In this document: positions 28,465 to 38,454 of the stretch, piece after piece | Position numbering within the stretch: the first letter of the stretch is position 1 | Layout of the letters: every line of letters begins with the position of its first letter | NCBI GenBank assembly: GCA_030586555.1 | Contig: JAURAC010000008.1 | Coordinates: 26,582-90,581 of the forward strand | Reading direction: 5' to 3' | Length of the DNA: 64,000 nt | From: Candidatus Subterrananammoxibius californiae | GTDB taxonomy: Bacteria > Planctomycetota > Brocadiia > Brocadiales > Subterrananammoxibiaceae | The notes under the pieces: generated by a model | What the model was told of the DNA's origin: nothing | The model's database searches: none | What the model saw: the letters and a program-made list of their open reading frames with translations, nothing else | Translations under genes and position numbers: made by a program

Positions 28465-29877
28465 TCACCCTCTACTTGTTACCGTAACATCTTCTTTTGG
28501 TCCGCCTGAGGCGGACAAGAGTTCTTCGACCTCGCCAAGGAGTTTTTCCACCGCAGCCTTTTCAATAATCCCGCCAAAAATCATCAAGTCCAGATGTTTC
28601 AGCGTACCCTGAGCCTGTTCAACAAACTCCCTGGAAAGTTTTTTAGAAAGGTAGTCATTAACGAATTGAGAGGTAGTCAGAGAAAGCGCCCTTTCACGGG
28701 GAATACCAACCAACGTCCCAAGAAATACCCTTAACGCCGTATCTATACCAGCAACAAATTCCTTCTCCTCGTATTTTCTTTCACCTGAGCGATAAGAGGA
28801 TACAAGGCTGCTAAGTCTTTCTGCCGATGCCTTACTTGTATCAATAATGGGCGCTTTAGGTCTTAACGAGATATTTTTTGATACCCGCCTGAGCTCAATT
28901 ACACCAATAAAAACCAATATGCCTATTCCCAAGAATATTGGAAGATAAGTTCGCTTACAAAAAATATACTTTGAGTAGACAACAGGCCCCTTAACGCCTT
29001 CAAGGGGGACGTCTACAGTTTTCAGCAGTCTATTTATAAGCACTGGAACAGGCGGGGTCTTAAACTCTTTGGTTTCAAGCGCGCCCTTTTCAGCCCTGTA
29101 GACCTTATGCGCTACATCTGGTTCAATATAATAAATTACAGGAATCGCTGGAATCTCATAGCTCTGCTTTTCTGTGCCGACTTCATATATTGCAAGAGAA
29201 TACTCTATTACGGTACTTTCGAGATTGCTTGTTGTACTCTTATGAATCCTGGTATTAAGAAGCTCTAATGGTTCAAAATTAAATCTTTCAAGATTTTCAA
29301 AAAGTACCTTTACACCTTTCTCGTTAAGGATAGTTAGCGTATAATGAATGCGGTCACCTATATCAAAAACATCCTTATCAAGCCTTGTTTCCACCAGTAT
29401 CGGTACCTTTCTTACAGTTACGGGGGAGGAAGAAGCCATCCCGCTCGTCTTATCTACCTCGTTAAAGTAGGGAACAGAAAACGATGGTATAATGTATTCG
29501 CCATGCTTTAAATCGTCCGGTAACGAGAGCAAATATTGAATTACTCTGAAATCCCTGGTGTTTTCAAAAATCTCCCTTTCCCCAATTGTTATCTGCTCAA
29601 TCTTAAACGGGCTTAAATCAACCCTTGTAAGGCTGTCGAGGTCTGCCTTTACTCCAAGTTTCCAGACAACCTGCGCTGTAAGGGTTATCATCTTTTCTGA
29701 AATAATCCTTGGGTTATCTAAAAACACCCAGACCTCTAACGGATTCTCCGTGGTTGGCACTTCTTGTGTCTGCGGAGCATCGGTATATTGGGCTGGCGAT
29801 ATTTCTGAAAAACCCAGCAAGACCGACAAAAGCATTACTACAACCAATAAGATATTTTTTATTTTCTTACTCTCCAC
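28465..29877 (-). CDS. MoxR-associated membrane protein (MxaA/BatD-like)
   Basis: Signal peptide, two beta-rich repeats, one TM; position between DUF58 and VWA genes. Confidence 0.55.
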   Translation of the reverse strand: MESKKIKNILLVVVMLLSVLLGFSEISPAQYTDAPQTQEVPTTENPLEVWVFLDNPRIISEKMITLTAQVVWKLGVKADLDSLTRVDLSPFKIEQITIGEREIFENTRDFRVIQYLLSLPDDLKHGEYIIPSFSVPYFNEVDKTSGMASSSPVTVRKVPILVETRLDKDVFDIGDRIHYTLTILNEKGVKVLFENLERFNFEPLELLNTRIHKSTTSNLESTVIEYSLAIYEVGTEKQSYEIPAIPVIYYIEPDVAHKVYRAEKGALETKEFKTPPVPVLINRLLKTVDVPLEGVKGPVVYSKYIFCKRTYLPIFLGIGILVFIGVIELRRVSKNISLRPKAPIIDTSKASAERLSSLVSSYRSGERKYEEKEFVAGIDTALRVFLGTLVGIPRERALSLTTSQFVNDYLSKKLSREFVEQAQGTLKHLDLMIFGGIIEKAAVEKLLGEVEELLSASGGPKEDVTVTSRG

Positions 29878-30719
29878 CTTCTTCTCATCCTTTTCTCAAA
29901 AAAATCCGAGAGTATCTTAATCCAGCATTCTTCATGCTCATCGGTTCTTGCAACAAGATAGTCCATGTTTAATTGTTTAAAAAGGTTGCTATAATGGGGC
30001 TTATTTTCTAACCCGTTAGACAAATTAACAAATTTTATCTCTCCAGTCTCAAGGTCTCTTAAAGAGAGAAATCCTTTTCCTCCCGGGATTTCCACCTCCC
30101 TTTTATCTGTAATAACAATAGGCACAACATCGTGTTTCTGCGAAAGGATTCTCATTGAGCCTTCGTAATTGTACGGGGCAAGGAAATCGGAAAGAATGAA
30201 TACAAGGCACGGAGCGAGATTCAAGTCATTTAAAAACTTGAGGGCGCAATTCAGGTCAGTAAGAGAACCACTTGTCCTTTCATACCTCATGCGGTCAACA
30301 ATTCTTAGAATCCATCGTTCACCCGGTTGGGGGGGGAGATACCTTTCTATCCTATCCGTAAATGTAACAATTCCCACCTCGTTTCCAGAATCAGATGCAG
30401 CATAAATCAGCAATCGCAGAATAGAATCCTGTACATCTTCTTTCGTATGAAATGGAGAACTGCTGAAATATTCTGACTTACTTCTATCAATTAGAAATAT
30501 TATTATTGCCCTTTTGTCAATGAGCTTTACCCTTGTGTGAAGCTCTCCAGTTCTTGCGGTGGTTTTCCAGTCTATGGAGCGGAAATCATCCCCTGGCTGA
30601 TATTGCCTTAACTCATCAAGCTCCAACCCTCTTACACTGCTCATGGAACTGGAAAAAACACCTTCAAACAGATTAACCACAAGCCGTTCCATGTAAAGTC
30701 TTATTTTGCTTTTTACCAT
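29859..30719 (-). CDS. DUF58 protein (MxaS-like)
   Basis: G.E..ELR.YQPGDD.R.IDWK.TAR, ILSDF. Confidence 0.88.
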   Translation of the reverse strand: MVKSKIRLYMERLVVNLFEGVFSSSMSSVRGLELDELRQYQPGDDFRSIDWKTTARTGELHTRVKLIDKRAIIIFLIDRSKSEYFSSSPFHTKEDVQDSILRLLIYAASDSGNEVGIVTFTDRIERYLPPQPGERWILRIVDRMRYERTSGSLTDLNCALKFLNDLNLAPCLVFILSDFLAPYNYEGSMRILSQKHDVVPIVITDKREVEIPGGKGFLSLRDLETGEIKFVNLSNGLENKPHYSNLFKQLNMDYLVARTDEHEECWIKILSDFFEKRMRRRWRVRK

Positions 30720-31699
30720 TCCAGTCTTGGAACTTTCTTTAGAATCATGCCAATAATGTCATCAGATACCACGCCTTGCGATTCCGCCTCATGCGAAAGG
30801 ATTATCCTGTGCCTCAGGGTGGGATATGCCATCTCGTGAACGTGCTCAGGCAAAACAACACCATCCTCCTTCAGAAAGGCATAAACCCTTGCAGCCTTTG
30901 CAAGGGCAATTGAGGCACGAGGCGATGCCCCATACATTACAAGGTCCTTGACCTCTTTTTCGTCTGTTTCTTCAGGCCTTGTTGCCCTTACTATGCGTGT
31001 TGCGTATCTAACAATTGGGGAGCTTTCGTACAGCGGCTGCTGCTGTGCGATAAGATGCCTTAGCGAGATTAAATCATCCGGGCTAAAAACAGGCTTCAAA
31101 TCAACAACCTCATCCTTCACCTGTCGTTCAGTAATTTCCCTTTCCTCAGCATAAGAAGGGTAACTAATGTTTAGTTTTAGCATAAACCTGTCTATTTCCG
31201 CTTCTGGCAGTAGGTATGTGCCAGCTATTTCTATAGGGTTTTGTGTGGCTAACACGAGAAAAATTTTCTCCAGCGGGTAACTTGCTTTCCCTATTGTTAC
31301 CTGCCTTTCCTGCATTGCCTCCAGTAGTGCGCTTTGCACCTTTGCAGGGGCACGATTAATCTCGTCTGCAAGAAGGATATTTGTAAATACAGGACCCTTT
31401 TGTACTGAGCATTTCAAGGTTCCTGGGTCATACATCTCAAAGCCGGTAATATCACCAGGTATTAAATCAGGGGTAAACTGCACCCTATGAAATTTTGCGT
31501 TTATAACCCTTGCAAATGTCTTTACTGTTACAGTCTTTCCAAGTCCAGGATAACCCTCTATGAGGATATGACCGTCGGAAAAAAGCCCAACCATTATGCT
31601 TTCTATTAACTCCTTCTGCCCAACAATAACCTTTTCTATCTCAAGAAGCATGCTATCAATTTTCTCTTTTACTTCCTCCCTTTGTGCTATAAGCGTCAA
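30713..31699 (-). CDS. moxR: MoxR AAA+ ATPase
   Basis: G.PG.GKT, QFTPDL.P.DI, LADEINRAPAK.QSALLEAMQE, ATQNPIE, GASPR. Confidence 0.93.
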   Translation of the reverse strand: MTLIAQREEVKEKIDSMLLEIEKVIVGQKELIESIMVGLFSDGHILIEGYPGLGKTVTVKTFARVINAKFHRVQFTPDLIPGDITGFEMYDPGTLKCSVQKGPVFTNILLADEINRAPAKVQSALLEAMQERQVTIGKASYPLEKIFLVLATQNPIEIAGTYLLPEAEIDRFMLKLNISYPSYAEEREITERQVKDEVVDLKPVFSPDDLISLRHLIAQQQPLYESSPIVRYATRIVRATRPEETDEKEVKDLVMYGASPRASIALAKAARVYAFLKEDGVVLPEHVHEMAYPTLRHRIILSHEAESQGVVSDDIIGMILKKVPRLEW

Positions 31700-32361
31700 G
31701 TTCCCACCTCACTAATGATTTATTATGTAATTATGTAATATAGTCTAAGATTTAACACCGAATACTGCATTTTTATATATAATATATTCTTTCAAATCAA
31801 TTAACAAGTATTTTTCACCAAATGAATTCGCAAAAAATATACCTCCATTTTTCTCTGGAAGCGTCGTGGGTAGATTGGTGGAAAAAACAAGCCGACCCAC
31901 GCCAGATGCGTGAGTGCCTGGACTGGCTTTTTTCTCCTTTAAAAGTAAAAATTATCTCTTGCAAAAGCATTAATTATATGTTATAAATACAAACTATATT
32001 TTAAACATTTTCACTAAGTTAAAGTTTTACGGTATAGAAAGTGGCTTTTTTTAGCCATTCTGGCACTTTTCATAAGAAGAAACGTTAGCCTGATAGCAAT
32101 AAAAGCACCGCAGGTGTTTCAGCTTTATAAATTGCTAAGTATTAAAAGATAAAAGGTATTAGATGTTATTGAATGTATTGACTATATACGCCACCGTGTA
32201 AAATGACTGTTGGCATAATATATTTAATAACAGCAAAAAGTTGTCCAACGAAGCTAAGCTGGCGGCAAAAGGGGGAGGTTGTGCGCCTGAGGCGGACGCT
32301 GGCTTTTTAATAATAGTTATTTTAATTTTAAGGTGTTGTTTTTGTTAGAAAGGGGATAGCA

Positions 32362-33957
32362 ATGTCTCTATCCAAAGTTAATGCAACGTCAGTTACACGG
32401 ACAAAGAATAGGACGCCAGATTCCGTTACGCCAAACAGCGGGATGTGCGCCGTGTGTTTAGATGGCTGTCCAGGCCTTTGCGAAATCGGCAGGTCGGCAT
32501 TCAGGGGTGCTGAGGTTATCTACCCACAGCCATTCGGCTTAATGACCTCTGCTGCGGAGAAGGATTACCCTGTGGACTTCTCTTACTTTAACATCATGGG
32601 TACAACGGTCGGCGCACACGGCATAAAGGCAGACAGTGATTTGGCAATCTTTACAAACGTAAATCTCGAGACAAGGCTCGGCAGGGACAAGGGCATAAAG
32701 CTAAAACTACCCATTGTCATTCCCGGTCTCGGCTCTACAAATGTGGCAAAGAACCATTGGGATGGACTTGCAGTCGGTTCAGCCATAACAGGCACAGGAC
32801 TCACAATTGGCGAGAACGTTTGCGGTATGGACAGTAACTCGAAATTTAGTAACGGCAGGGTTACCCACTGTCCTGACCTTGAATATAGGGTTAAGACGTA
32901 TAAGGAGTGGCAGCATGACGGTTATGGAATGATAGTGTTACAGGCAAACGTCGAGGACTCAAGGCTCGGCGTGCTTGAATATGGCATAGAAACGCTCAAG
33001 GTGGATGCAGTGGAGTTAAAGTGGGGGCAGGGTGCAAAGGACATTGGCGGAGAGGTCAAGCTAAACAGTCTTGAGAGGGCAAAGTTACTTAAGAGCCGGG
33101 GATATATAGTGTTACCAGACCCGGAAGACCCAACAGTCCAGGATGCATACAACAGGGGCGCATTCAAGGAATTTGAGAGACACTCAAGGGTAGGAATGGT
33201 GCCAGAGAAGACAAATGCAGCCATAGAGGAGTTCGCAAAGATTGTTGAAGGACTGAGGAAGAAGGGCGCAAAGTACGTCTTCCTCAAGACAGGGGCATAC
33301 AGGCCGGCAGACCTTGCAAGGGCGGTACGACTATGTTCAGAGGCGAAGGTTGACGTTCTCACGGTAGATGGCGCAGGTGGAGGCACGGGGATGAGCCCCT
33401 GGAGAATGATGAACGAATGGGGCATACCCACAGTATATATCTCTGCAATGACATACAACTACGTGGATAAGCTCGCAAAGAAAGGCAAGCACGTGCCAGA
33501 CATAATCCTTGCGGGTGGGCTTTCACTTGAAGACCATCTTTTTAAGGCATTCGCACTCGGAGCGCCGTATGTAAAGGCTGTAGGAATGGCAAGAGCAGCC
33601 GTATGCGCAGCTATGGTAGGAAAAACTATAGGGAATTTGGTAAATGACAACAAAATTCCAAAGTCCTTAGAGGAATTCGGCAAGACGGTGGACGAAGTAT
33701 TTATCCTCTCTACGAAGGCAAAAAGGGAGTTCAGTGGCAATGGAAAGGTGCTGCCATCCGCAGGGCTTGGACTGTACACGTTCTATCAAAGGCTTGCTCA
33801 AGGCTTGAGGCAGATTATGGCAGGGGAGAGGAAGTTTACCCTTGAGCACATCACAAGGGACGATATTGTTTCCCTTACAAGAGAGGCGGCAGAGGTAACC
33901 GGCATCACCTACATAATGGATGCGGATAAGGAACTGGCAGAAAAAATCCTGGGTTAG
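32362..33957 (+). CDS. Stand-alone FMN-binding glutamate synthase family protein
   Basis: ELKWGQGAK.IGGE, DGAGGGTG, AGG, N-terminal C..C..C...C; no amidotransferase domain. Confidence 0.82.
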   Translation: MSLSKVNATSVTRTKNRTPDSVTPNSGMCAVCLDGCPGLCEIGRSAFRGAEVIYPQPFGLMTSAAEKDYPVDFSYFNIMGTTVGAHGIKADSDLAIFTNVNLETRLGRDKGIKLKLPIVIPGLGSTNVAKNHWDGLAVGSAITGTGLTIGENVCGMDSNSKFSNGRVTHCPDLEYRVKTYKEWQHDGYGMIVLQANVEDSRLGVLEYGIETLKVDAVELKWGQGAKDIGGEVKLNSLERAKLLKSRGYIVLPDPEDPTVQDAYNRGAFKEFERHSRVGMVPEKTNAAIEEFAKIVEGLRKKGAKYVFLKTGAYRPADLARAVRLCSEAKVDVLTVDGAGGGTGMSPWRMMNEWGIPTVYISAMTYNYVDKLAKKGKHVPDIILAGGLSLEDHLFKAFALGAPYVKAVGMARAAVCAAMVGKTIGNLVNDNKIPKSLEEFGKTVDEVFILSTKAKREFSGNGKVLPSAGLGLYTFYQRLAQGLRQIMAGERKFTLEHITRDDIVSLTREAAEVTGITYIMDADKELAEKILG

Positions 33958-34007
33958 TCCATACAAAGGCTTAAGTATAACTAAATTTCAACAAATCCTG
34001 AGATATT

Positions 34008-34142
34008 ATGAAGTTAAAGAAACAGAAAGCAAGTACGGGCACACTCATCCTAGTGGTGGAGTTGCTTGCTTTTTATACATCAAGTTGTTTTTTGTCCTAT
34101 TATTATCCCTTTAACTACTTTCCCGGAGGAGGGCGGTCTTAG
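34008..34142 (+). CDS. Putative Tyr/Phe-rich attenuator leader peptide
   Basis: ...AFYTSSCFLSYYYPFNYFPGRGRS*; true start uncertain. Confidence 0.55.
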   Translation: MKLKKQKASTGTLILVVELLAFYTSSCFLSYYYPFNYFPGGGRS

Positions 34143-34174
34143 GGTTTATTGAAATTATTAGTTTTTGTATTTTC

Positions 34175-34212
34175 AAAGCCCTATCCGCCAGAGGCGGATA
34201 GGGCTTTTTTTT
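34175..34212 (+). terminator. Intrinsic terminator (attenuator) just upstream of aroF
   Basis: AAAGCCCTATCCGCC-AGA-GGCGGATAGGGCTTT plus T-run, immediately before RBS GAGGAG. Confidence 0.85.
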
Positions 34213-34226
34213 GAGGAGACTTGGTT

Positions 34227-35246
34227 ATGATAATAGTAATGAGACCTGATGCGACAAAGGAGGAAGTTAAGCACGTAGTCAAAAAGGTCGAGGAGGTGGG
34301 GCTTAAGGCGGTCTTATTGGAAGGTACGGAGAGGAAGGTAGTAGCCGTAATAGGCGACGAACGTAAGATATCCTATGATATGTGGAACGTCACCCCAGGT
34401 GTAGAAAAAGCAGTTCCAATCCTTGCGCCATACAAAATGGCAAGCCGTGAATTAAAGAATACTCCTACGGCGGTACCTTTAGATAAGGGGAGGGCAACTA
34501 TCGGAGGGAAGAAGATAGGCGTAATTGCTGGCCCCTGCGCAGTTGAAAATAAGAAGCAGTTAATCAGTATTGCGAAGAAGGTCAAGGAGGCTGGCGCAGT
34601 TGCCTTACGCGGCGGCGCTTATAAGCCTCGCACAAATCCGTATAGTTTCCAGGGTTTAAGAGAAGAAGGTCTTGAGTACCTTGCTGAGGCAAGAGAAGCA
34701 ACCGGACTACCCGTAGTAACAGAGGTGCTCAGTCCCGAGCAGGTAGTACTTGTATGCAAGTACGCAGATATTTTACAAATAGGGACACGTAATATGGCAA
34801 ACTTCCTGCTTCTTAAAGCTGTGGGTGAATGTAAAAAACCAGTTATACTCAAACGAGGCATGGCTGCCACCCTTGAAGAGTTCCTTCTTGCCGCAGAATA
34901 TATACTTACACATGGCAACCCGAATGTTATTCTTTGTGAGCGCGGTATAAGGACGTTCGAAGACCACACGCGCTTTACGCTCTCCCTGAGCGTAGTACCG
35001 AGATTGAAAGAATTGACGCATTTACCAATTATAGTTGACCCAAGCCATGGAACAGGTAAAAGAAGCCTGGTAAATCCGATGTCAAAGGGCGCCATAGCGG
35101 TAGGCGCAGATGGGTTATTAATTGAAACACACAGCAACCCTGAGAAGTCTATGGTAGATGGACCCCAAACGATTTCGCTTGAGGAATTTGAGAGGCTCAT
35201 GAAAGAGCTAAAACCCATCGCTGAGGCTGTGGGAAGGGAGATGTGA
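34227..35246 (+). CDS. aroF: DAHP synthase (type I-beta with N-terminal regulatory domain)
   Basis: [44 protein letters not shown]. Confidence 0.93.
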   Translation: MIIVMRPDATKEEVKHVVKKVEEVGLKAVLLEGTERKVVAVIGDERKISYDMWNVTPGVEKAVPILAPYKMASRELKNTPTAVPLDKGRATIGGKKIGVIAGPCAVENKKQLISIAKKVKEAGAVALRGGAYKPRTNPYSFQGLREEGLEYLAEAREATGLPVVTEVLSPEQVVLVCKYADILQIGTRNMANFLLLKAVGECKKPVILKRGMAATLEEFLLAAEYILTHGNPNVILCERGIRTFEDHTRFTLSLSVVPRLKELTHLPIIVDPSHGTGKRSLVNPMSKGAIAVGADGLLIETHSNPEKSMVDGPQTISLEEFERLMKELKPIAEAVGREM

Positions 35247-35258
35247 ATCAGGTGATAG

Positions 35259-35768
35259 GTGATGGGTAAGCTAAGAAGACAGGATAAGGAAATTACCGAT
35301 AAGGCTGAAATAGAGGAAATATTGGCACTGGCAAAGGTTGGCAGGTTGGGCACGTGCCTTGATAGCATACCCTACATCATTCCAGTAAATTTTGTGTACG
35401 ATGGGGGCAAAATCTTTTTTCATAGCGCTCATGAGGGTAGAAAGGTAACCAATATCATAGCCAATCCTAACGTTTGTTTTGAGATTGATGAGGCTGGGGA
35501 TGTAATCGCAAGAGAGCCAATCTGCCGCTCTTCTACAACGTATCGAAGCATTATAGCATTTGGACAAGCAAGGCAAGTTTCCGAAACAAATGCAAAGTTA
35601 TACGCCCTTCGCAAGATGGCTGAAAAGTATGCCCCTAACTTATCACATGACGCTATTACAGAAGCAACCATGAAGGCGACAACGGTCTTTGAAATTGAGA
35701 TAAAGGATATCTCCGCCAAGAGAAGCCCTGTCAGACCAGGTCCTGTTACCGATGTGAGTAGAAAATAG
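35259..35768 (+). CDS. Pyridoxamine 5'-phosphate oxidase-like (NimA-type) flavin-binding protein
   Basis: RR.DKEI, GRLG...PY..PVNF, H.A..GRK..N..NP.VCF, YRSI..FG. Confidence 0.82.
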   Translation: MMGKLRRQDKEITDKAEIEEILALAKVGRLGTCLDSIPYIIPVNFVYDGGKIFFHSAHEGRKVTNIIANPNVCFEIDEAGDVIAREPICRSSTTYRSIIAFGQARQVSETNAKLYALRKMAEKYAPNLSHDAITEATMKATTVFEIEIKDISAKRSPVRPGPVTDVSRK

Positions 35769-35797
35769 TTTTTTGATACTCGAACCAAGGAGGAAAC

Positions 35798-36991
35798 GTG
35801 GAAATCATTGCATCCGAGCGTGTACAATCAATCGGCGCTTATGCCTTTGCTGAGGTTGATAAAGAGGTAGAAAAGCTAAAGGCAAAGGGGATTATCCCGA
35901 TAGATTTTGGCGTTGGCGACCCTACCGTGCCAACCCCTGAAATCGTGCGCAGGGCAACACAGGATGGCGTTGAAAAAAGGAAAAGCGCTGGCTATCCAAG
36001 CTATATCGGTGCTCCTGAATACAGGGAGGCAATCAGCCGGTGGATGAAAAGAAGATTCGGGATAAAGATTGACCCCACTACGGAGATATGCTCTACCATC
36101 GGCTCAAAGGAGGCAGTCTTTAATTTTCACGAAGGATTCATTAACCCTGGCGATTATGTAATAATCCCCTCCCCTGGTTACCCACCTTATGCGAGGGGTA
36201 CGCTCTTTGCCGAAGGCAAGCCATATTTTGTACCCCTTCTTAAAGAAAACACTTTCCTGCCAGACCTTGGCGCTATCCCTAAAGAAATATGTAAAAAGGC
36301 AAAGCTTATGTGGATTAACTATCCCAATAGCCCCAGCGGCGTTACTGCCCCACTTGATTTTTTTAAAGAGGCTGTTGCCTTTGGGCAGAAGCACAATATA
36401 ATAATTGCCTCCGATGAGGCGTATATTGATATATATTTTAACAAGCCCCCGCACAGCATCCTTGAGGTTACAAAGGAAGGGGTAGTTGCAATTTTTTCCA
36501 TGTCCAAAAGAAGCGCTATGACCTGTTACCGTATAGGCTGGGTTGCCGGGGATAAAAGGATTGTTGATATATTTAAGAAGGTAAAGACGAACATAGATTC
36601 TGGCACCGCCACATTCATACAGGACGGCGCAATTGCAGCCCTCAATGATGAAACCCATGTTGCAGCCATGCGAAAGGAGTATAAAATAAAAAGGGATTCA
36701 CTCGTTTACGCCTTAACAGGTATAGGACTTCCCGATTGCACACCTGAGGCAACCATTTATATATGGCAGAAGGTGCCAGAAGGAATGACCTCAGTCGAAT
36801 TTGCAAAAAGGCTATTAGACCCTGAAATTGCATTAGTTACAACGCCAGGCGCGTGGATAAGCGATAGGACAGATAATGGTTTGAATCCCGGTGAAGGTTA
36901 CGTCCGTTTTGCACTTGTGCCGAGCATTGAGAAAACCAGGGAAGCTGCAGGTAGGCTAAGCAAGCTAAAGCCCCTCGGTGTGCTACCTTAG
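35798..36991 (+). CDS. Class I/II PLP aminotransferase, LL-diaminopimelate aminotransferase-like
   Basis: GVGDP, GSKE, NYPN.P.G, DEAY, S.SK..AMT.YRIG. Confidence 0.8.
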   Translation: MEIIASERVQSIGAYAFAEVDKEVEKLKAKGIIPIDFGVGDPTVPTPEIVRRATQDGVEKRKSAGYPSYIGAPEYREAISRWMKRRFGIKIDPTTEICSTIGSKEAVFNFHEGFINPGDYVIIPSPGYPPYARGTLFAEGKPYFVPLLKENTFLPDLGAIPKEICKKAKLMWINYPNSPSGVTAPLDFFKEAVAFGQKHNIIIASDEAYIDIYFNKPPHSILEVTKEGVVAIFSMSKRSAMTCYRIGWVAGDKRIVDIFKKVKTNIDSGTATFIQDGAIAALNDETHVAAMRKEYKIKRDSLVYALTGIGLPDCTPEATIYIWQKVPEGMTSVEFAKRLLDPEIALVTTPGAWISDRTDNGLNPGEGYVRFALVPSIEKTREAAGRLSKLKPLGVLP

Positions 36992-37072
36992 CTTACCACC
37001 CTCTCATCTAAGCCTCCCCCAACGGGGGGAGGAAGGGGTGAAGGGGCGAACATATTGCCCACATGAGGAAAT

Positions 37073-37113
37073 AAAAAAGGCCCACTTAGCAAGTAACTGC
37101 TTGGGTGGGCCTT
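37073..37113 (-). terminator. Intrinsic terminator of the cytochrome c pair
   Basis: AAGGCCCAC...GTGGGCCTT stem with A-run on the left (U-tail on minus strand). Confidence 0.7.
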
Positions 37114-37146
37114 ATATATTTTGTTGTAAACAAGCGAACCTGTTGC

Positions 37147-37530
37147 TTACTTTACGGCGAAATTTCTGACAACTTGAACCATGTTCTTTATCATGGTGCC
37201 TGACATCTTGCCCCTGTAACTTGGGCAATGAGCCGAGCCTTCGTTTATGTGCTTATCAAGCTGGTCATCGGTCTTAGAGGCTTGCCATTTTGGGTCAGTA
37301 AAATCTGGAACGCCTAACTTCAAACCCTCTGCGCTTCCCTTACCGCCATTGCCATGACATGTCGAGCATGTCTCCTGCTGGGCAAAGACCATCCCTGTTC
37401 CAAAGATGGAATAAGGGCTCTTTCTGGCATCTATTCCCCATGAGGGTGTCTGTGCCCATGCGGAAACCCCTAACGCAAGACTAAACATTGCCGAAAGTGG
37501 CAATGCATACAATAAGAAACCCCTTTTCAT
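37147..37530 (-). CDS. naxS: Class I cytochrome c with Cys at the distal ligand site (NaxS-like)
   Basis: Signal peptide, CSTCH, HCP in place of the usual MP; RBS GAGGAGG before MKRGF. Confidence 0.72.
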   Translation of the reverse strand: MKRGFLLYALPLSAMFSLALGVSAWAQTPSWGIDARKSPYSIFGTGMVFAQQETCSTCHGNGGKGSAEGLKLGVPDFTDPKWQASKTDDQLDKHINEGSAHCPSYRGKMSGTMIKNMVQVVRNFAVK

Positions 37531-37664
37531 CGCTTTAATCCTCCTCAAAAACGTGTTTATGGGAAGCACGTGTAATATGCCAATAAAGATAATGTAGTTG
37601 TGCCTCCTCTAAAATTCAAGACGTAAAGAATGTTTAAACCCTTTAATATCCATTTTTACATGGA

Positions 37665-38084
37665 TTACGGGGAAAGCTTCTCGTCAGTACGGTACATCCT
37701 GTGGCAGTTTTTACATGATATTGTGAGCCACCTGTACTGCACTTGAATTTCTTCCTGGTCTTTTGCCTGGGCAGCCTTAACTATCTCGCCAGCGTGAAAT
37801 GCCACCTCTGCGCTAATGTTATGATGGTTCTTATCTGCATTAAACTTGTTCTGACGGACCGTTTCTGCATCCACAACTGCCTGTGCGCTTTTGTTATACG
37901 TTGCAAATTGCTCATCTGTAGGCGCCGTTAAACCTGACATACTCCTGATGACCTGGAAATTATTCCACTGATTTGAACATAGCTCCTTTACACTCGCAAA
38001 GTCCGCACCGTAGGATATTGTTGCCGTAATGGCAATCCCGGTAGCGACTATTGTGCCTGCGATAAACGCATTTAACCTCCTCAT
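37665..38084 (-). CDS. naxL: Class II four-helix cytochrome c with N-terminal Cys (NaxL-like)
   Basis: Signal peptide, ELC in helix A, C-terminal CKNCH..YR; adjacent to naxS-like gene. Confidence 0.72.
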   Translation of the reverse strand: MRRLNAFIAGTIVATGIAITATISYGADFASVKELCSNQWNNFQVIRSMSGLTAPTDEQFATYNKSAQAVVDAETVRQNKFNADKNHHNISAEVAFHAGEIVKAAQAKDQEEIQVQYRWLTISCKNCHRMYRTDEKLSP

Positions 38085-38316
38085 TATACGCCTCCTTTAA
38101 ATGGTCATTTTATAAAACGTTTGTATCTCTTCTTAAAAAGGGCTTTTAGCCACTACAAAACCTTATTCTATCCCTTCACCTCCCTTCTAAGATTTTAAAA
38201 ACTCCTTTCAATAAGTTTAAATATGCATCTTTGAATTCTATGTCGTAAACACTATACCATTGAGGACAAGTTCAGTCAAGTAAAAAAACCAGCCAAGAGC
38301 CGATAGCAAGCTTGAT

Positions 38317-38448
38317 AAAATCAAGTATCAAAAATCAAATATCAAAAACACAATGCAAAAATCAAAAATTTTCACCTTTTTTGTTCTTTCAAATTTTGGG
38401 TTTTGGTATGTCATTTTGATTTTTGGTCTTTGATCTTTGATTTTTGAA
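38317..38448. repeat. Heptamer inverted tandem array (AAAATCA)n...(TGATTTT)n
   Basis: Seen directly; other-unit versions at 45580-45700, 46836-46913, 47778-47912, 49897-50065, 54226-54280, 62301-62385. Confidence 0.75.
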
Positions 38449-38454
38449 AGTGAG

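Noticed and set aside
32061..32078. sigma54 promoter or riboswitch upstream of the glutamate synthase-like gene
   Set aside because: TGGCAC is not followed by TTGC at the right spacing; hairpins in 31860-32305 match no RNA family I can recognise
34619..35368. Long antisense ORFs (also 32922-33458, 36104-36658, 50311-50781, 58805-59221)
   Set aside because: They lie opposite well-supported genes and have no motifs; treated as shadow ORFs
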